Notes: a model not told the origin generated them from the letters alone. Shown: positions 44,741 to 55,070, numbered from the stretch's first letter. The stretch: DNA of 64,000 nucleotides from Desulfurococcaceae archaeon (GCA_049970695.1 JBMFML010000002.1:109075-173074); one strand, 5' to 3'. Numbers and translations: made by a program.

Positions 44741-45385
44741 ATGGAGGTTGCAGACAAGTCTAGGCTTGAAATAGCGCTTACGCCATACAATAGCGAGCCG
44801 AGGCCCCGTGGAAGAAGAGATCTCGAGCAGTACCCCACGCCTACATGGCTTGTAGCCCACATGACGTGGCTCAGCTACATGAAAGGCGACGTGGCTGGGG
44901 CAACTATTGCCGATTATGGATGCGGTGATGGGAGAATAGCCGTGGCAGCACTTCTAGTTGGTGCGGCGCGCGCGCTCTGCATAGATGTAGATGAAGCACT
45001 GCTAATTCACGGAGTCGACATAGTTAAAAAGCATTTCGGAGAGCTACTTACGAAGCTCCTCCCCATCGTGGGGGACGCCACGAGTATATATTTGAACAAC
45101 GTAGACGTAGTCCTAATGAACCCCCCTTTCGGCGTTGTTAGAAAGAACCGCGGACTCGACCTGAGATTTCTTTTAAGTGCTCTTGAAAATAGCAAGCGCG
45201 TATACAGCATTCACAAGCACTCAGAGGGCTTTATCAAGATCCTAAATGAGCTCAGTAGCGCGAAAGGCCTTAAAATAGAGTGGCTCGAGGTATTAAGCCT
45301 CGAAATTCCAATGCTTTACTCGAGACATAGGAGGAAGGTACACAGAATAAGAGCGGTCTTAGTCGTGCTTAGTAAGGGTGATTAG
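44741..45385 (+). CDS. METTL5-like SAM-dependent RNA methyltransferase
   Basis: 214 aa with LEQYPTP, DYGCGDGRI and the catalytic NPPFG. Confidence 0.75.
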   Translation: MEVADKSRLEIALTPYNSEPRPRGRRDLEQYPTPTWLVAHMTWLSYMKGDVAGATIADYGCGDGRIAVAALLVGAARALCIDVDEALLIHGVDIVKKHFGELLTKLLPIVGDATSIYLNNVDVVLMNPPFGVVRKNRGLDLRFLLSALENSKRVYSIHKHSEGFIKILNELSSAKGLKIEWLEVLSLEIPMLYSRHRRKVHRIRAVLVVLSKGD

Positions 45386-45938
45386 TGTGAGCTACGTTGT
45401 TCCCGGAGAGGCTATTGCCGTTGAAGAAGAAGCACTACCCCAGCAGGGCGTATATGTCGACCAGAAGGGGTTTTTGAGATCCTACGTTGTGGGTATCGCA
45501 CAATTAGATAGGTACAAGAAGGTGGCTCAGGTAAAGCCTGTAGTTAAGCGAGAGTTTTCGCTGAAACCTGGATGTGTAGCTGAAGGCGTAGTGACTGGGG
45601 TGGGCGAGGATTACGCACTAGTTAAGCTGTACAGCAATAGCAAAGGCGAGAGAATCAATGCAATAGGAATACTCCACATTTCACAAATATCAAGTGAGTA
45701 CATATCCGACATTTTAGATTACATAAGGCCTAGCGACATAGTGAGGGCCAAAGTCCTCAATTCCTCGCCACCATATCTGCTTTCGACAAAGGACCCCTCG
45801 ACAGGCGTTATACTAGCATACTGCGGTAGCTGTGGCAAAGAGCTTTACCTCACTACCGGCGGGGTCCTTGTTTGCATTAACTGTGGTAGACGAGAAAAGA
45901 GGAAGACTGCAGTAGGATACCTGCTAGTCTCTAGGTGA
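45378..45938 (+). CDS. csl4: Exosome complex RNA-binding subunit Csl4
   Basis: 186 aa with an S1-like core and a C-terminal zinc ribbon CGSCGKEL...CINCG. Conserved neighbourhood with rpoL. Confidence 0.82.
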   Translation: MISVSYVVPGEAIAVEEEALPQQGVYVDQKGFLRSYVVGIAQLDRYKKVAQVKPVVKREFSLKPGCVAEGVVTGVGEDYALVKLYSNSKGERINAIGILHISQISSEYISDILDYIRPSDIVRAKVLNSSPPYLLSTKDPSTGVILAYCGSCGKELYLTTGGVLVCINCGRREKRKTAVGYLLVSR

Positions 45939-45942
45939 GTTC

Positions 45943-46560
45943 TTGCCCTACGTCAAGAGGAGAATGCACATAAAGTGCCGCGAAGATGAGTGCCTGAAGC
46001 TTTACGAGCTCTTAAAGGACAAAATACCCGCACTTAGCTATGTTAGGCTCGAGATGACGAGTAGCGGGCTCTTAATAGAAGCCTATGGCTACGAGTCAGA
46101 AATAAAGGAGCTCTGGTTCGTAGTCAGGAAGACCCTAGCATCGCTCAGAGAAGTGCTAAGCGCTAAACCGAGTAAGAAGTACAGCGTTGACCTGCTCGTG
46201 AGAATGACGCGCAAGACATTCCCGCCGGAGGTACTCGTCGAGGTACTCAGGGCAAGGGGGCACCACGCCGAGTTCTTAAGCGGAGAGGGAGTCATAGTGT
46301 CGAGTGCTCCGCTAGAAGAAGTAGTAGAGCTTGCAAATAAGGTAGCAGAGCTTAATAGAGAAGCCGGTAGAGTGTCGAAGGGCACTTCTACGAGGTACTT
46401 CATAGCAGCCTGTAGTGCAATACTAGGCACTTCCGTGGATGACGTGGTGAAAATATCGCTAGAACTGAATATTCTGAGAGAAGATAAAGGAAAGTACACA
46501 CTCACCAGGGAGTGGCGCAAGGCTCTTAACGAAGTATTAAAAGCTCTTAAGCGTGGTTAG
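45943..46560 (+). CDS. Conserved archaeal hypothetical protein (between csl4 and rpoL)
   Basis: 205 aa with coding-like composition. Function not recognisable. Confidence 0.6.
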   Translation: MPYVKRRMHIKCREDECLKLYELLKDKIPALSYVRLEMTSSGLLIEAYGYESEIKELWFVVRKTLASLREVLSAKPSKKYSVDLLVRMTRKTFPPEVLVEVLRARGHHAEFLSGEGVIVSSAPLEEVVELANKVAELNREAGRVSKGTSTRYFIAACSAILGTSVDDVVKISLELNILREDKGKYTLTREWRKALNEVLKALKRG

Positions 46561-46565
46561 ACTAA

Positions 46566-46865
46566 TTGGCTCAAGTGGTGTTCTCCGTGGACTTGAAAGT
46601 CGTACTAAGAGATGATAGAAAGCTCGTCTTAGAAATCACGGGTGAAGACCACACTCTCGGCAACATGTTAATGAAGGAGCTGCTGAGACACCCCCAAGTA
46701 GAGTATGCTGCTTATAGAGTTCCGCATCCTCTAAGAGACGTCATAGAACTCGCCGTGGTTGTTAAAAACGGTGCAGATGTTGGAAAGGTCTTGGTCGAGG
46801 TTATCGAGAGCCTTAAAGACCAGCTCGTGGAGTTTAAGAAGGCTGTTGAAGAAGCCCTGGGTTAA
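46566..46865 (+). CDS. rpoL: DNA-directed RNA polymerase subunit L (Rpo11)
   Basis: 99 aa. EDHTLGNMLMKELLRHPQVEYAAYRVPHPL is the RpoL/Rpb11 signature. Confidence 0.85.
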   Translation: MAQVVFSVDLKVVLRDDRKLVLEITGEDHTLGNMLMKELLRHPQVEYAAYRVPHPLRDVIELAVVVKNGADVGKVLVEVIESLKDQLVEFKKAVEEALG

Positions 46866-46871
46866 ATAGCT

Positions 46872-47261
46872 GTGTGGAGAAAAGACGAGAGCAGAGTACT
46901 AGTCTACGGGTTTTGCGGAGATTACGCCGCTTTCGCTACTTACAGGGCAGATTTCCTCGAAGAGCTCCACATCGCGAGGAAGGCCGAAGTACTAGACCTA
47001 GCCAGGTACCTCCGAGAAAAACTGAAAACATTCGATGAGCTGTCCTACGCCGTTTCTTGTACTAGTAGTAAGTACACGAGGTTCATTAGCGGGCTTAGCC
47101 TACTTGAAGGTAGTGATTACCTGCTTGCAGCGCTGAGGCTTTGTGAGCTTATCAAGCTAGTTCTCTGCATGCTCTGCAAGAGAGGCTTAATTAGCCCCCT
47201 GAGCGTAGAGCAGTCTATAGAAATCAGCAACAAGTGCTTATTCGTGGAGGAGCATCCATGA
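46872..47261 (+). CDS. Hypothetical helical protein
   Basis: 129 aa. ATGA overlap with the tfs start. No recognisable motif. Confidence 0.5.
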   Translation: MWRKDESRVLVYGFCGDYAAFATYRADFLEELHIARKAEVLDLARYLREKLKTFDELSYAVSCTSSKYTRFISGLSLLEGSDYLLAALRLCELIKLVLCMLCKRGLISPLSVEQSIEISNKCLFVEEHP

Positions 47262-47599
47262 CAAAGCTGTGCCCTAGGTGCGGTGGAATACTAAGGCCCA
47301 TTAGGGAAGGAAACGCGAGCTACCTGGTCTGCCCTAGGTGTGGCTACAAGGTGGAGTCTACAGGAGGCAAACGCGCGCTAGTAATATCTTCGAAGATAGA
47401 GCACAGCGCTAAGGAGAAGACTCTTGTAATAGAAGAGCAGGCCTCCCTAAACCTCCCAATAACAAGAGACGTTACTTGTAAGAAGTGCGGCTACCATGAA
47501 GCATACTACTGGGTTCTTCAGACAAGAGCTGCTGACGAGCCGCCAACGAGGTTCTATAAGTGCGTTAGATGCGGCTACGTGTGGCGCGAGTACGAGTAG
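47258..47599 (+). CDS. tfs: Transcription factor S (TFS, RpoM-like)
   Basis: The start is placed at MTKLCPRCGG. N-terminal zinc ribbon and a C-terminal TFIIS-type ribbon CKKCGY...RAADEPPTRFYKCVRCGYVW. Confidence 0.9.
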   Translation: MTKLCPRCGGILRPIREGNASYLVCPRCGYKVESTGGKRALVISSKIEHSAKEKTLVIEEQASLNLPITRDVTCKKCGYHEAYYWVLQTRAADEPPTRFYKCVRCGYVWREYE

Positions 47600-47660
47600 A
47601 GGCCCCTCAATGGTAGCTGGCTTTTAACTTCAAGCAAGAAGATTAGAATATGGCACCAGG

Positions 47661-48416
47661 GTGCAGGTTTTGAGGCTTAGATTTAGAGAAGCAACCGTCT
47701 GGAAGTATTCAATTGTCGCGATATCCAAGATAATCGAGGAAGCGAGCTTCAAAATAACAAGCGACGGAATCAGACTAAGAGCCATGGATCCCTCCTCCGT
47801 CGTGCTAGTAGACTTCTATATACCAAGCAGTGCTTTCTACGAGTACGACGTGCCGGCTGAAGTGGCAGTAGGCGTTAACATGGAGGAACTAGCAAAGATC
47901 CTCAGGCGTGCTAGAAAGGGAGATGAGCTAGTGCTAGAAGTGCCTTCACGCGGAAGAATTGGAGTATCACTGGAAGGACGCGGCTCGAGGAGATTCACGC
48001 TCACTGGAATAGAGCTGGCCTACGAAGAACCACCTGAAGTAAGCTTTGAAGAAACCTTTAAGTGCAAGACTCTACCAAAGGTGTTTAAAGACGTCATTAA
48101 AGAGCTGGAGCCTATAAGTGACGCAGTAGAACTATACGCGCCGCCTGAGCAGGGTGTACTACAGCTACGTGCGGTAGGCGAAATCGCAGAAGCACAAATA
48201 GAACTGAGCTCTGCTAGCGGCGCACTTATAGAATACGAATCGCTGGGAGAGGCGAGGTCGAAGTACACGATCGACTACTTAGTCGACATTGCCGCGGCCT
48301 CCCAGGCAGCCGAGACACTCGGCATAGGGCTTGGCGTGGAAACACCGCTTCGATTAACTTACGAGCTACCACTAGGAGGAAAGCTAGAGTTCTATGTGGC
48401 TCCGAGAACAGACTAA
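47661..48416 (+). CDS. pcn: DNA polymerase sliding clamp PCNA
   Basis: 251 aa with the two-domain PCNA pattern (IIEEASFKITSDGIRLRAMD, ...LEFYVAPR). Confidence 0.9.
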   Translation: MQVLRLRFREATVWKYSIVAISKIIEEASFKITSDGIRLRAMDPSSVVLVDFYIPSSAFYEYDVPAEVAVGVNMEELAKILRRARKGDELVLEVPSRGRIGVSLEGRGSRRFTLTGIELAYEEPPEVSFEETFKCKTLPKVFKDVIKELEPISDAVELYAPPEQGVLQLRAVGEIAEAQIELSSASGALIEYESLGEARSKYTIDYLVDIAAASQAAETLGIGLGVETPLRLTYELPLGGKLEFYVAPRTD

Positions 48417-49533
48417 GAGCAAGAGCATTATCAAGCAGCTGATCCGCGAGTACTACAGCAGAAAGCCGCTGGAAGAGCCGAGCTACCTTCACAAACGCGA
48501 AGTAGCGCTAGAAAGCCTCGAAGACTCTGCCTACATAAGGCACTTGTCTTTTCCCTACATGGAAAATCTCTACAATTACATCTTGAACTACAAGACACCA
48601 CTACACCTCTACTACTCCTCTGCAATGTACGCGCATCCCAGCGCGCAGAGAATGGAAGACAAGCTGTGGGAGGGCTCTGAGCTGCTGTTCGACATTGATG
48701 CAGATAAGTACCCGGAGTGCAGTACCAAGTACTGGATCTGCCCAGATACCGGCGAAATATACGAGTCTGAAGTCGAAAAGTGCAAGAGCGGCTCCAACCC
48801 GCTGGAATACGTGAATGTGCCTTGGAGTTGCATTGAGAAGGCGTGGGAGGAAGCACTCAAGCTCGTCGATATACTGAGCGAAGACCTGGGCTTCAAAGAC
48901 ATAAAGGTGTACTTCTCAGGCAATAGAGGGTTTCACGTCAAGGTCTTTGATTCAAGGGCTTTGTACCTGAGTAGAGACGCGAGAAAAGCCATAGCAGAAT
49001 ACGTCTCGTGTACGGGGCTTCTTCCAGAAAAAGTAATGCCGGAGCACAAGGGCAAGGTGATTTTTACCAGTACCGAGCACGGCTTAAGGAACCGCGTACT
49101 GAGAGAGCTGCTGAAAAGGGGCCTTGGAGAGCTAAAGCCTAGTTTCAAGGGACTCAGAAACGTCTACGTAGTAGATGCTAAAGCCGCGTGGGACGTGCTT
49201 CGTGAAGTCTGCGTAGAAGTAGATAAGGCTGTTACGATGGATATTTCGAGGCTCTCGAGATTTGGTAAGAGCTTAAACATGAAGTCGGGGCTCAGAACGC
49301 TGGAGCTAAATAAGAACAAGGAGATCACCAGCCTAGGCTACAACAGCTTCTCACCCTACGCCGGAGTAATCAGGTTAAAGCCGCTGGTCACCGCAAAGCT
49401 GCCTGTTCTCGATAAGCAAGTAGAGCTTGTCAGAGGCAGCGAGTTAAAACTAGAGGCCTACCTAGCAATATACTTGATTGCAAAAGGGGTTGCACTGCCC
49501 ACCGACATCAGAGACCTCGAGGTAAGAGCTTGA
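48394..49533 (+). CDS. priS: DNA primase small (catalytic) subunit PriS
   Basis: 379 aa with catalytic LLFDIDAD and SGNRGFHV motifs. Confidence 0.9.
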   Translation: MWLREQTKSKSIIKQLIREYYSRKPLEEPSYLHKREVALESLEDSAYIRHLSFPYMENLYNYILNYKTPLHLYYSSAMYAHPSAQRMEDKLWEGSELLFDIDADKYPECSTKYWICPDTGEIYESEVEKCKSGSNPLEYVNVPWSCIEKAWEEALKLVDILSEDLGFKDIKVYFSGNRGFHVKVFDSRALYLSRDARKAIAEYVSCTGLLPEKVMPEHKGKVIFTSTEHGLRNRVLRELLKRGLGELKPSFKGLRNVYVVDAKAAWDVLREVCVEVDKAVTMDISRLSRFGKSLNMKSGLRTLELNKNKEITSLGYNSFSPYAGVIRLKPLVTAKLPVLDKQVELVRGSELKLEAYLAIYLIAKGVALPTDIRDLEVRA

Positions 49534-50033
49534 GTGAGCACGTGCTCAAGATTATTAGAGAGGAGATGCGGTCTGCAAAGCTCTCTAACGTCACTCAGCA
49601 GAGAATGCTCTCCATAGCGAGTGCCGTTTCAAAGCTCATGGAAGGATTGCACGAGCTCGGTGACGTGGGCAAAGAGGCCGTTTACCAGGTAGTGAAGAGA
49701 CTTGAGGACGACGCATCGCTCCTTGCCAGGATCAGGCTTGCAAAGTCCTTGCTGAGTGGAGACGTGAGTAGCGACTCTGTAGATGCAGCCGTGCTAAGGG
49801 CTCTCCAATCCCTTGTTAAGGCAGAAGAAGCAGTATTATCGCCACTAGTTGTCAAGTATGGAGACAAAGTGGCATTCTTGTTCACCAAGGAGTGCAATGT
49901 TAGCGGTAGGACGTACCGAAAGAACCAGTTGGCGCTTTTGAGTGTAGAGAGCACAGTGCTTGCATACATCAACGATTGCGGACACGCCATCAAAGAGCCT
50001 TTCTACGAGTTTAAGAAAAACGTAGGCCAATAG
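49530..50033 (+). CDS. Probable GINS subunit (Gins15/51 type)
   Basis: 167 aa with a helical N-domain plus a small beta C-domain. It overlaps the priS stop by 4 nt. In Sulfolobus the gins15 gene is adjacent to priS (recalled). Confidence 0.55.
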   Translation: MSEHVLKIIREEMRSAKLSNVTQQRMLSIASAVSKLMEGLHELGDVGKEAVYQVVKRLEDDASLLARIRLAKSLLSGDVSSDSVDAAVLRALQSLVKAEEAVLSPLVVKYGDKVAFLFTKECNVSGRTYRKNQLALLSVESTVLAYINDCGHAIKEPFYEFKKNVGQ

Positions 50034-50171
50034 ATGCTAGCTAGTTGGGAGTGCTTACTGGGAACTCACCTTGGAGTAGGGAGTAGACTAGAGTGCTTTA
50101 TGCAATAGGAGCTCTCATGTGGGGTCCGGCAAGTAAGGCAGATAAGCTATAGAGCCCATGCATTATAGAAT

Positions 50172-50804
50172 CTATACGAGCTCTGTTACTTCTGCTAAGT
50201 GCTGCTCTATGTAGTGTGCGTGATCAACTATTCTCTCAACGTGCCTCATTATCAGTGCTTTCACGGCCTTATCTCTTGGTACGACGTCCCTTGTCGCGAT
50301 TTCCTCCAATATTTCTCGGTACTCCTTGTCGATTTTTTCGTCAATTCTGTCAACCACATCGGCTCTCTTAGGAGCAAATTCGGCAAGATCGCTGAGTGCA
50401 GCCTCTAGGGCTTTTACGGCTTCATCAAAAGCGCTCGAGATGTTGCTAGTCGAGGCTAGGGAGGACGCGGGTGCTAGCATAGAATCTATTCTTGCTATTT
50501 CTCTGCAGTACCTAGATACTCTGTAGACGTCATATGCTATGCTTATTAGCGCGTGAGCTGTTAGGAGCTCTCTTCCCAGAGGCTGCCTCCTTGCAATGAA
50601 CATTAAGACCTCTATTATGAATTTCCTTCTAGTTCTGTCGAGCGCTATTGAGAGTTCCTCTATCTCCCTCCAGAGGCTTCTCCTAGTCTCCAGGTCCTCG
50701 GACTCTATTATCTTCTTTGTGTAGTTGATTACGGTTCTCACGTTCTGCGCCATCTGAAGTAAGGTGGCCTTAAGCTTTTCGAGGTCTAGCGTGGTTAGAG
50801 ACAC
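50172..50804 (-). CDS. phoU: Phosphate transport system regulator PhoU
   Basis: 210 aa, a two-repeat helical PhoU, immediately downstream of pstB. Confidence 0.88.
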   Translation of the reverse strand: MSLTTLDLEKLKATLLQMAQNVRTVINYTKKIIESEDLETRRSLWREIEELSIALDRTRRKFIIEVLMFIARRQPLGRELLTAHALISIAYDVYRVSRYCREIARIDSMLAPASSLASTSNISSAFDEAVKALEAALSDLAEFAPKRADVVDRIDEKIDKEYREILEEIATRDVVPRDKAVKALIMRHVERIVDHAHYIEQHLAEVTELV

Positions 50805-51556
50805 TACGCCTCACCTCTTAAGAGCTTCTGCGCAATTTCTGTAGATGGTCTTAGAAATATTTGGTTTGCAGGCCCCTGCTCAACGATTTCTCCACTATAT
50901 AGTATGGAGACGTAGTCGGCAACTCGGGCTGCTTGATACGGGTTGTGAGTGACCATGACTATTGTTATTTCATCTTTTAGCGAGACTATAGCTTCTTCGA
51001 GCTTCCTAGCATTGACCGGGTCTATATTCGCAGTTGGCTCATCAAGCAAGAGGAGCTTAGGCTTCATTGCAAGAGCCCTGGCAAGACACAGCCTCTGCCT
51101 CTGTCCTCCACTAAGCTGGTGTGGATATTGGTGAAGCCTGTCTTTGACTTCATCCCATAGCATGGCCTTTTCCAAAGCCCACTTAACGATTTCACGCACT
51201 TCCTTCTCGGTCTTAGCGACCCCGTTTATTCTCGCAGCGATAGCGACGTTTTCATATATTGTCATGTGGGGGAACGGGTTTGGTACTTGGAACACCATTC
51301 CTATGTGCCTTCTGAGTTCGTATGGGTCGTGGCTTAAGGCATCGAGCCCGAGAACTTTAACTACGCCTTCGACTTTAGCGCTGGGATTTAGGTCTATGAG
51401 CCTGTTTATAACTCTCAAGAGCGTTGTTTTACCAGAGCCCGAGGGGCCCATAATAACGTACACCGTGTTGTAGGGGACTTTGAGGTGAATGTTTTTCAGT
51501 ATGTGTTTGCCATCGATGTAGACGTTAACACCAATCATTTCAACAGCGTACATCAC
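50804..51556 (-). CDS. pstB: Phosphate ABC transporter ATP-binding protein
   Basis: Walker A GPSGSGKTT, signature LSGGQRQR, Walker B LLLDEP. Confidence 0.95.
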   Translation of the reverse strand: MMYAVEMIGVNVYIDGKHILKNIHLKVPYNTVYVIMGPSGSGKTTLLRVINRLIDLNPSAKVEGVVKVLGLDALSHDPYELRRHIGMVFQVPNPFPHMTIYENVAIAARINGVAKTEKEVREIVKWALEKAMLWDEVKDRLHQYPHQLSGGQRQRLCLARALAMKPKLLLLDEPTANIDPVNARKLEEAIVSLKDEITIVMVTHNPYQAARVADYVSILYSGEIVEQGPANQIFLRPSTEIAQKLLRGEA

Positions 51557-52398
51557 AGCCTCACCTCTTTAACCGCAAATTTCGCGGCAGCGAAGATGGC
51601 TAAGTAGGCTAGTAGTAAGAGGGCGGCCGCCCCCCACGCCGCTTCCTGCAGCGTCTTGTATGGCGTTAGTATGAAGTCAAATATTAGCAGGGGTATGGCA
51701 TCCGTGGGATCGAAAATGGACGTTGGTAAGCCCATTCTATACCTGCCAATCGTGAATAGCAGCGCTGCGGTTTCTCCAAGAATTCTCGCCATGGTCACTA
51801 GGACAGCGACTACCAGGCTCTTTTTCACAATCGGCATTATTACGCTCACAACAGCCTTCCACCTGCTCATGCCTATAGCAAATGCAGCTTCTCTATAAGT
51901 TACTGGTACAGAGCGCAAATATGTCGAGAAGTATGTGTAAGCATAAGGCAGGGATGTAATGGTTAGCGCTATCGAGCCCGCCAACGCAGAGAACCTGCCT
52001 AGCGGAACAACAACAAGCAAGTAAATGACCATGGAAACTACTATTGTAGGCACGCTAACCAGGGATCTCGCAATTACGTCAACGGCTACTGATAGGGGGT
52101 TTCTCGGAAACTCGACGACGAGTATTGAAGAAAACAAAGCAATAGCAGTGGTTAGAGGCAGCGACAACGCCGTTAAGAGCAGCGAGCCGACTAGGGACGG
52201 TGCTACGCCACCAACGCTCTTGGATGCGGGTGTTGGCGGGTTATCAGTGAGGAAGCCGGGCCCAGCCTTGATAATTACCGAAAATCCGTTTACCAGCGTT
52301 ACGGCAACTAAGTGAATAATTGGTACGAGGGCTATTACAGAAGGCACCACTATCAGAGTAAAGAACAGCCTGTCTTTCAGCCTCCTCCAGCTATGCAA
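51553..52398 (-). CDS. pstA: Phosphate ABC transporter permease PstA
   Basis: 281-aa polytopic permease. 4-nt overlap with pstB and an 8-nt overlap with pstC. Confidence 0.88.
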   Translation of the reverse strand: MHSWRRLKDRLFFTLIVVPSVIALVPIIHLVAVTLVNGFSVIIKAGPGFLTDNPPTPASKSVGGVAPSLVGSLLLTALSLPLTTAIALFSSILVVEFPRNPLSVAVDVIARSLVSVPTIVVSMVIYLLVVVPLGRFSALAGSIALTITSLPYAYTYFSTYLRSVPVTYREAAFAIGMSRWKAVVSVIMPIVKKSLVVAVLVTMARILGETAALLFTIGRYRMGLPTSIFDPTDAIPLLIFDFILTPYKTLQEAAWGAAALLLLAYLAIFAAAKFAVKEVRL

Positions 52399-53314
52399 CT
52401 AAGACCACCCTCTTCCTCCAGCTGTTCATGATAGTTAAGCCACTAAAGCTGAGTACAACTGCAATGATAAGCACAACGAGAGATGACGCGTAGAGGACGG
52501 ACTCGGCGAACTTGTACAAGTAGGCGTTTCCAAATTGAGATGCTATGAGAGCCGAGACTGTGTAGCCCGGCGAAAAGAGGCACGCACTTAAGTGCATGGA
52601 ATTGCCTATAGTCGCTACGGCTATTGTCGTCTCTCCTAAAGCCCTGGCAAACCCGAGCACAGCAGACGCCACTATAGCTGGCTTAATCAGCGATAGGAGT
52701 ATTCTAATGGTTTCGTACCTGGTTGCTCCTATTCCGAGGCAGGCCTCTCTATAGCTCGTGGGAATGGTGCTGTAACTCTCGAGAATAAGCGATGTTAAGT
52801 AGGGGGTTATGGACACGCCAATGGAGATCCCAGCAGTAAATACTGTGTAGGGTGATAGAACTTTGCACGAGAATAGTGGTATGAAGTACAAGCTCGCTGC
52901 GAGGGGCTCCATAATATGAGCCTTTAGTGTAGGCGCAAAGTGCGTTGAAGCCCACATTGCATAAATTACCGTGGGTATGCCGCTCGCGAGCTCTACGACT
53001 AACGCAACAACCTTCTTTGCCGCTCCACGCAGATACTCAGATATGAATATTGCGAGCGGTATTGACAGCACGAGAGCTGTTAGTGTGGCTAGTAGCGACG
53101 TGACGAGAGAGCCCACCACGGGGCTCAAGACGCCGTATTCTTCGTGTTCGGGATCCCAGATACTTGTAGTGAAGAGCTTAGACCCAAAGAAGGCCACCGA
53201 GTCCACAGACTTGAAGAATATTGTGGCAATGATTAACGCAAGGATTGCGGCAAGGGAGAGCGGGAATGGCAGCAGAGAAAGGAAGAAGAGCCTGTCTCTA
53301 CCCCTAAGCTTCAC
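52391..53314 (-). CDS. pstC: Phosphate ABC transporter permease PstC
   Basis: 307-aa polytopic permease containing the EAA-like loop ...REACLGIGATRYE... Confidence 0.88.
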   Translation of the reverse strand: MKLRGRDRLFFLSLLPFPLSLAAILALIIATIFFKSVDSVAFFGSKLFTTSIWDPEHEEYGVLSPVVGSLVTSLLATLTALVLSIPLAIFISEYLRGAAKKVVALVVELASGIPTVIYAMWASTHFAPTLKAHIMEPLAASLYFIPLFSCKVLSPYTVFTAGISIGVSITPYLTSLILESYSTIPTSYREACLGIGATRYETIRILLSLIKPAIVASAVLGFARALGETTIAVATIGNSMHLSACLFSPGYTVSALIASQFGNAYLYKFAESVLYASSLVVLIIAVVLSFSGLTIMNSWRKRVVLVA

Positions 53315-54420
53315 TTCCGAGACCCTTGCTCTAGAATTTTAGCAGCTTCTAGTAGTAAGTCCCTAACACGCTCTGGCGGTGCAACGTATCCTGGTAGCAG
53401 CTTGTTATAGCCTTTGTTTGCAATCCACTTAAGGAGTTCTGCTAGTGCTGAGGCCTTTGATGGGTCTTTATACGTTTTCCACAATATGATGTGTGTTAGC
53501 GCTGTAATGGGGTAGCTGTTATCGCCGGGGGCGTACACAGACTCGAAGACTATGTTGCTGAAGTCGTCGAGCGGAGATTGAGGCACGCTAACATGCTCTA
53601 GCGCTTCCGCTATTGTGCCCTCTGAGGGCTTTACAAACCTGCCCGCGGAGTTCTTTATAGAGGCCACAGGGACGCCGCTCATTAATGCGTAGCCCCACTC
53701 GACGTACCCTATGCTGTACGGCGTTTGAGTAACAATTTGCACTATTCCCTCGCTGCCCTTACCACCAATACCCCTGCCTACTTTGGCAACGGGCCAGTCA
53801 ACGGTTTTTCCAACAAGCTGCTTAGGCCACGCACCACTGGTTGCTTTGTTAAGGAATAGCGTGAATATTTCGGTCGTTCCGCTGGCATCCGTCCTGTAGA
53901 CTGGTATTATTTCTCTGCGTGGGAGCTTGTCCGCGATTTCGGGATTAAGCCTCTTTATGCGCTCGTCGTCCCAGTAGACTATACTACCATTGTATATGCC
54001 TGCTAAGACTTCTGCGTCGAGCCTGAGTTCTACTTCTCTGGAGAGCTCTGGAATGTTGTATATGACCGCTACGGCTCCTGCAAGCCATGGTATTTGCATG
54101 ACTTCTCCTATGTAGTTCTTCCACGTGTCTCTAGGCAGTGGAGGGTCGCTACAGGCGAAGTCTGCGACGTTTTGAAAGAACATACTGAGCCCAGCACCGC
54201 TCCCAACTGGTTGGTAGTTGACTTTGATGCCCTTTTCGGAGTAGAAGGCTCTAAGCCACTCATCGAGCTGCGGATAGGGGAAAGTTGCTCCAGCGCCTTG
54301 AAGCACGAGTATTCTTCCTTCGTATTGAGGCAATGTGCGAGGAGCGCCTCTAAGCAAGACCAGGGAAGCAATAGCCGCTATTGCTAGTGCAGCGGCTACG
54401 ATTACAGCATGCTTTTTCAT
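53311..54420 (-). CDS. pstS: Phosphate ABC transporter substrate-binding protein PstS
   Basis: 369 aa with an N-terminal signal/anchor helix, then GAGATFPYP and VYRTDASGTT phosphate-binding motifs. Confidence 0.88.
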   Translation of the reverse strand: MKKHAVIVAAALAIAAIASLVLLRGAPRTLPQYEGRILVLQGAGATFPYPQLDEWLRAFYSEKGIKVNYQPVGSGAGLSMFFQNVADFACSDPPLPRDTWKNYIGEVMQIPWLAGAVAVIYNIPELSREVELRLDAEVLAGIYNGSIVYWDDERIKRLNPEIADKLPRREIIPVYRTDASGTTEIFTLFLNKATSGAWPKQLVGKTVDWPVAKVGRGIGGKGSEGIVQIVTQTPYSIGYVEWGYALMSGVPVASIKNSAGRFVKPSEGTIAEALEHVSVPQSPLDDFSNIVFESVYAPGDNSYPITALTHIILWKTYKDPSKASALAELLKWIANKGYNKLLPGYVAPPERVRDLLLEAAKILEQGSRK

Positions 54421-54615
54421 CTCTACTCATCCATGTCGCAAAAAGCAAGCTAGCGTCTAATATGACCTACGAATATTGCTCTACATAGCTCTATAAAGCT
54501 AGAAAATCGCGTAGTAAGCTCGGTTAAAGGCACGTGTTCCGCTACTACTAAGAAGCCTCGCCATAACTGCGATTACTAATGCTTGGGGATCCACGCCCGG
54601 CTCTACTTCGATACG

Positions 54616-55002
54616 CTATGTGTAAATGCACAATATCGTGTAAATTATGGAAACGGCCAGCAAGAGGTATACTCCTAAATAGTGCTTCGCCGTGTACCGA
54701 GTTGGCGACTTCGCCTTCTTACGCTTAGTGCCGGGCGCCTCCTTCACAGCCTTTACGGCTGGTAGCATGAAGGCGGCGAGAATTCCGAGAGCTAATAGTA
54801 GCAAGTAAGCAGTAGCCATGCCTAGAAACTTGCTGCTCAGCCCATAGACAGCTACGTAGCTAGCAACCACTGTTGATACGTAAAGCAGAGACCCGAGTAC
54901 TAGGAGTAGCCTGAGTGTAGTGCTAAAAGCGCTTTCGTATTCAAAGTACTGCTCAAGAGGCTCCGTCCGGGCCTTCTTAGTGCTCAAAGCCTTACACCGC
55001 AT
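54616..55002 (-). CDS. Small membrane protein
   Basis: 128 aa with 3-4 hydrophobic helices and a basic loop. No family recognised. Confidence 0.5.
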   Translation of the reverse strand: MRCKALSTKKARTEPLEQYFEYESAFSTTLRLLLVLGSLLYVSTVVASYVAVYGLSSKFLGMATAYLLLLALGILAAFMLPAVKAVKEAPGTKRKKAKSPTRYTAKHYLGVYLLLAVSIIYTILCIYT

Positions 55003-55070
55003 TACTTTTGAAAGGCTACAAGTATTTTTAGGTTAGTGCCTGCTATTTTCAGCACCTTAGGTGCAGTATA

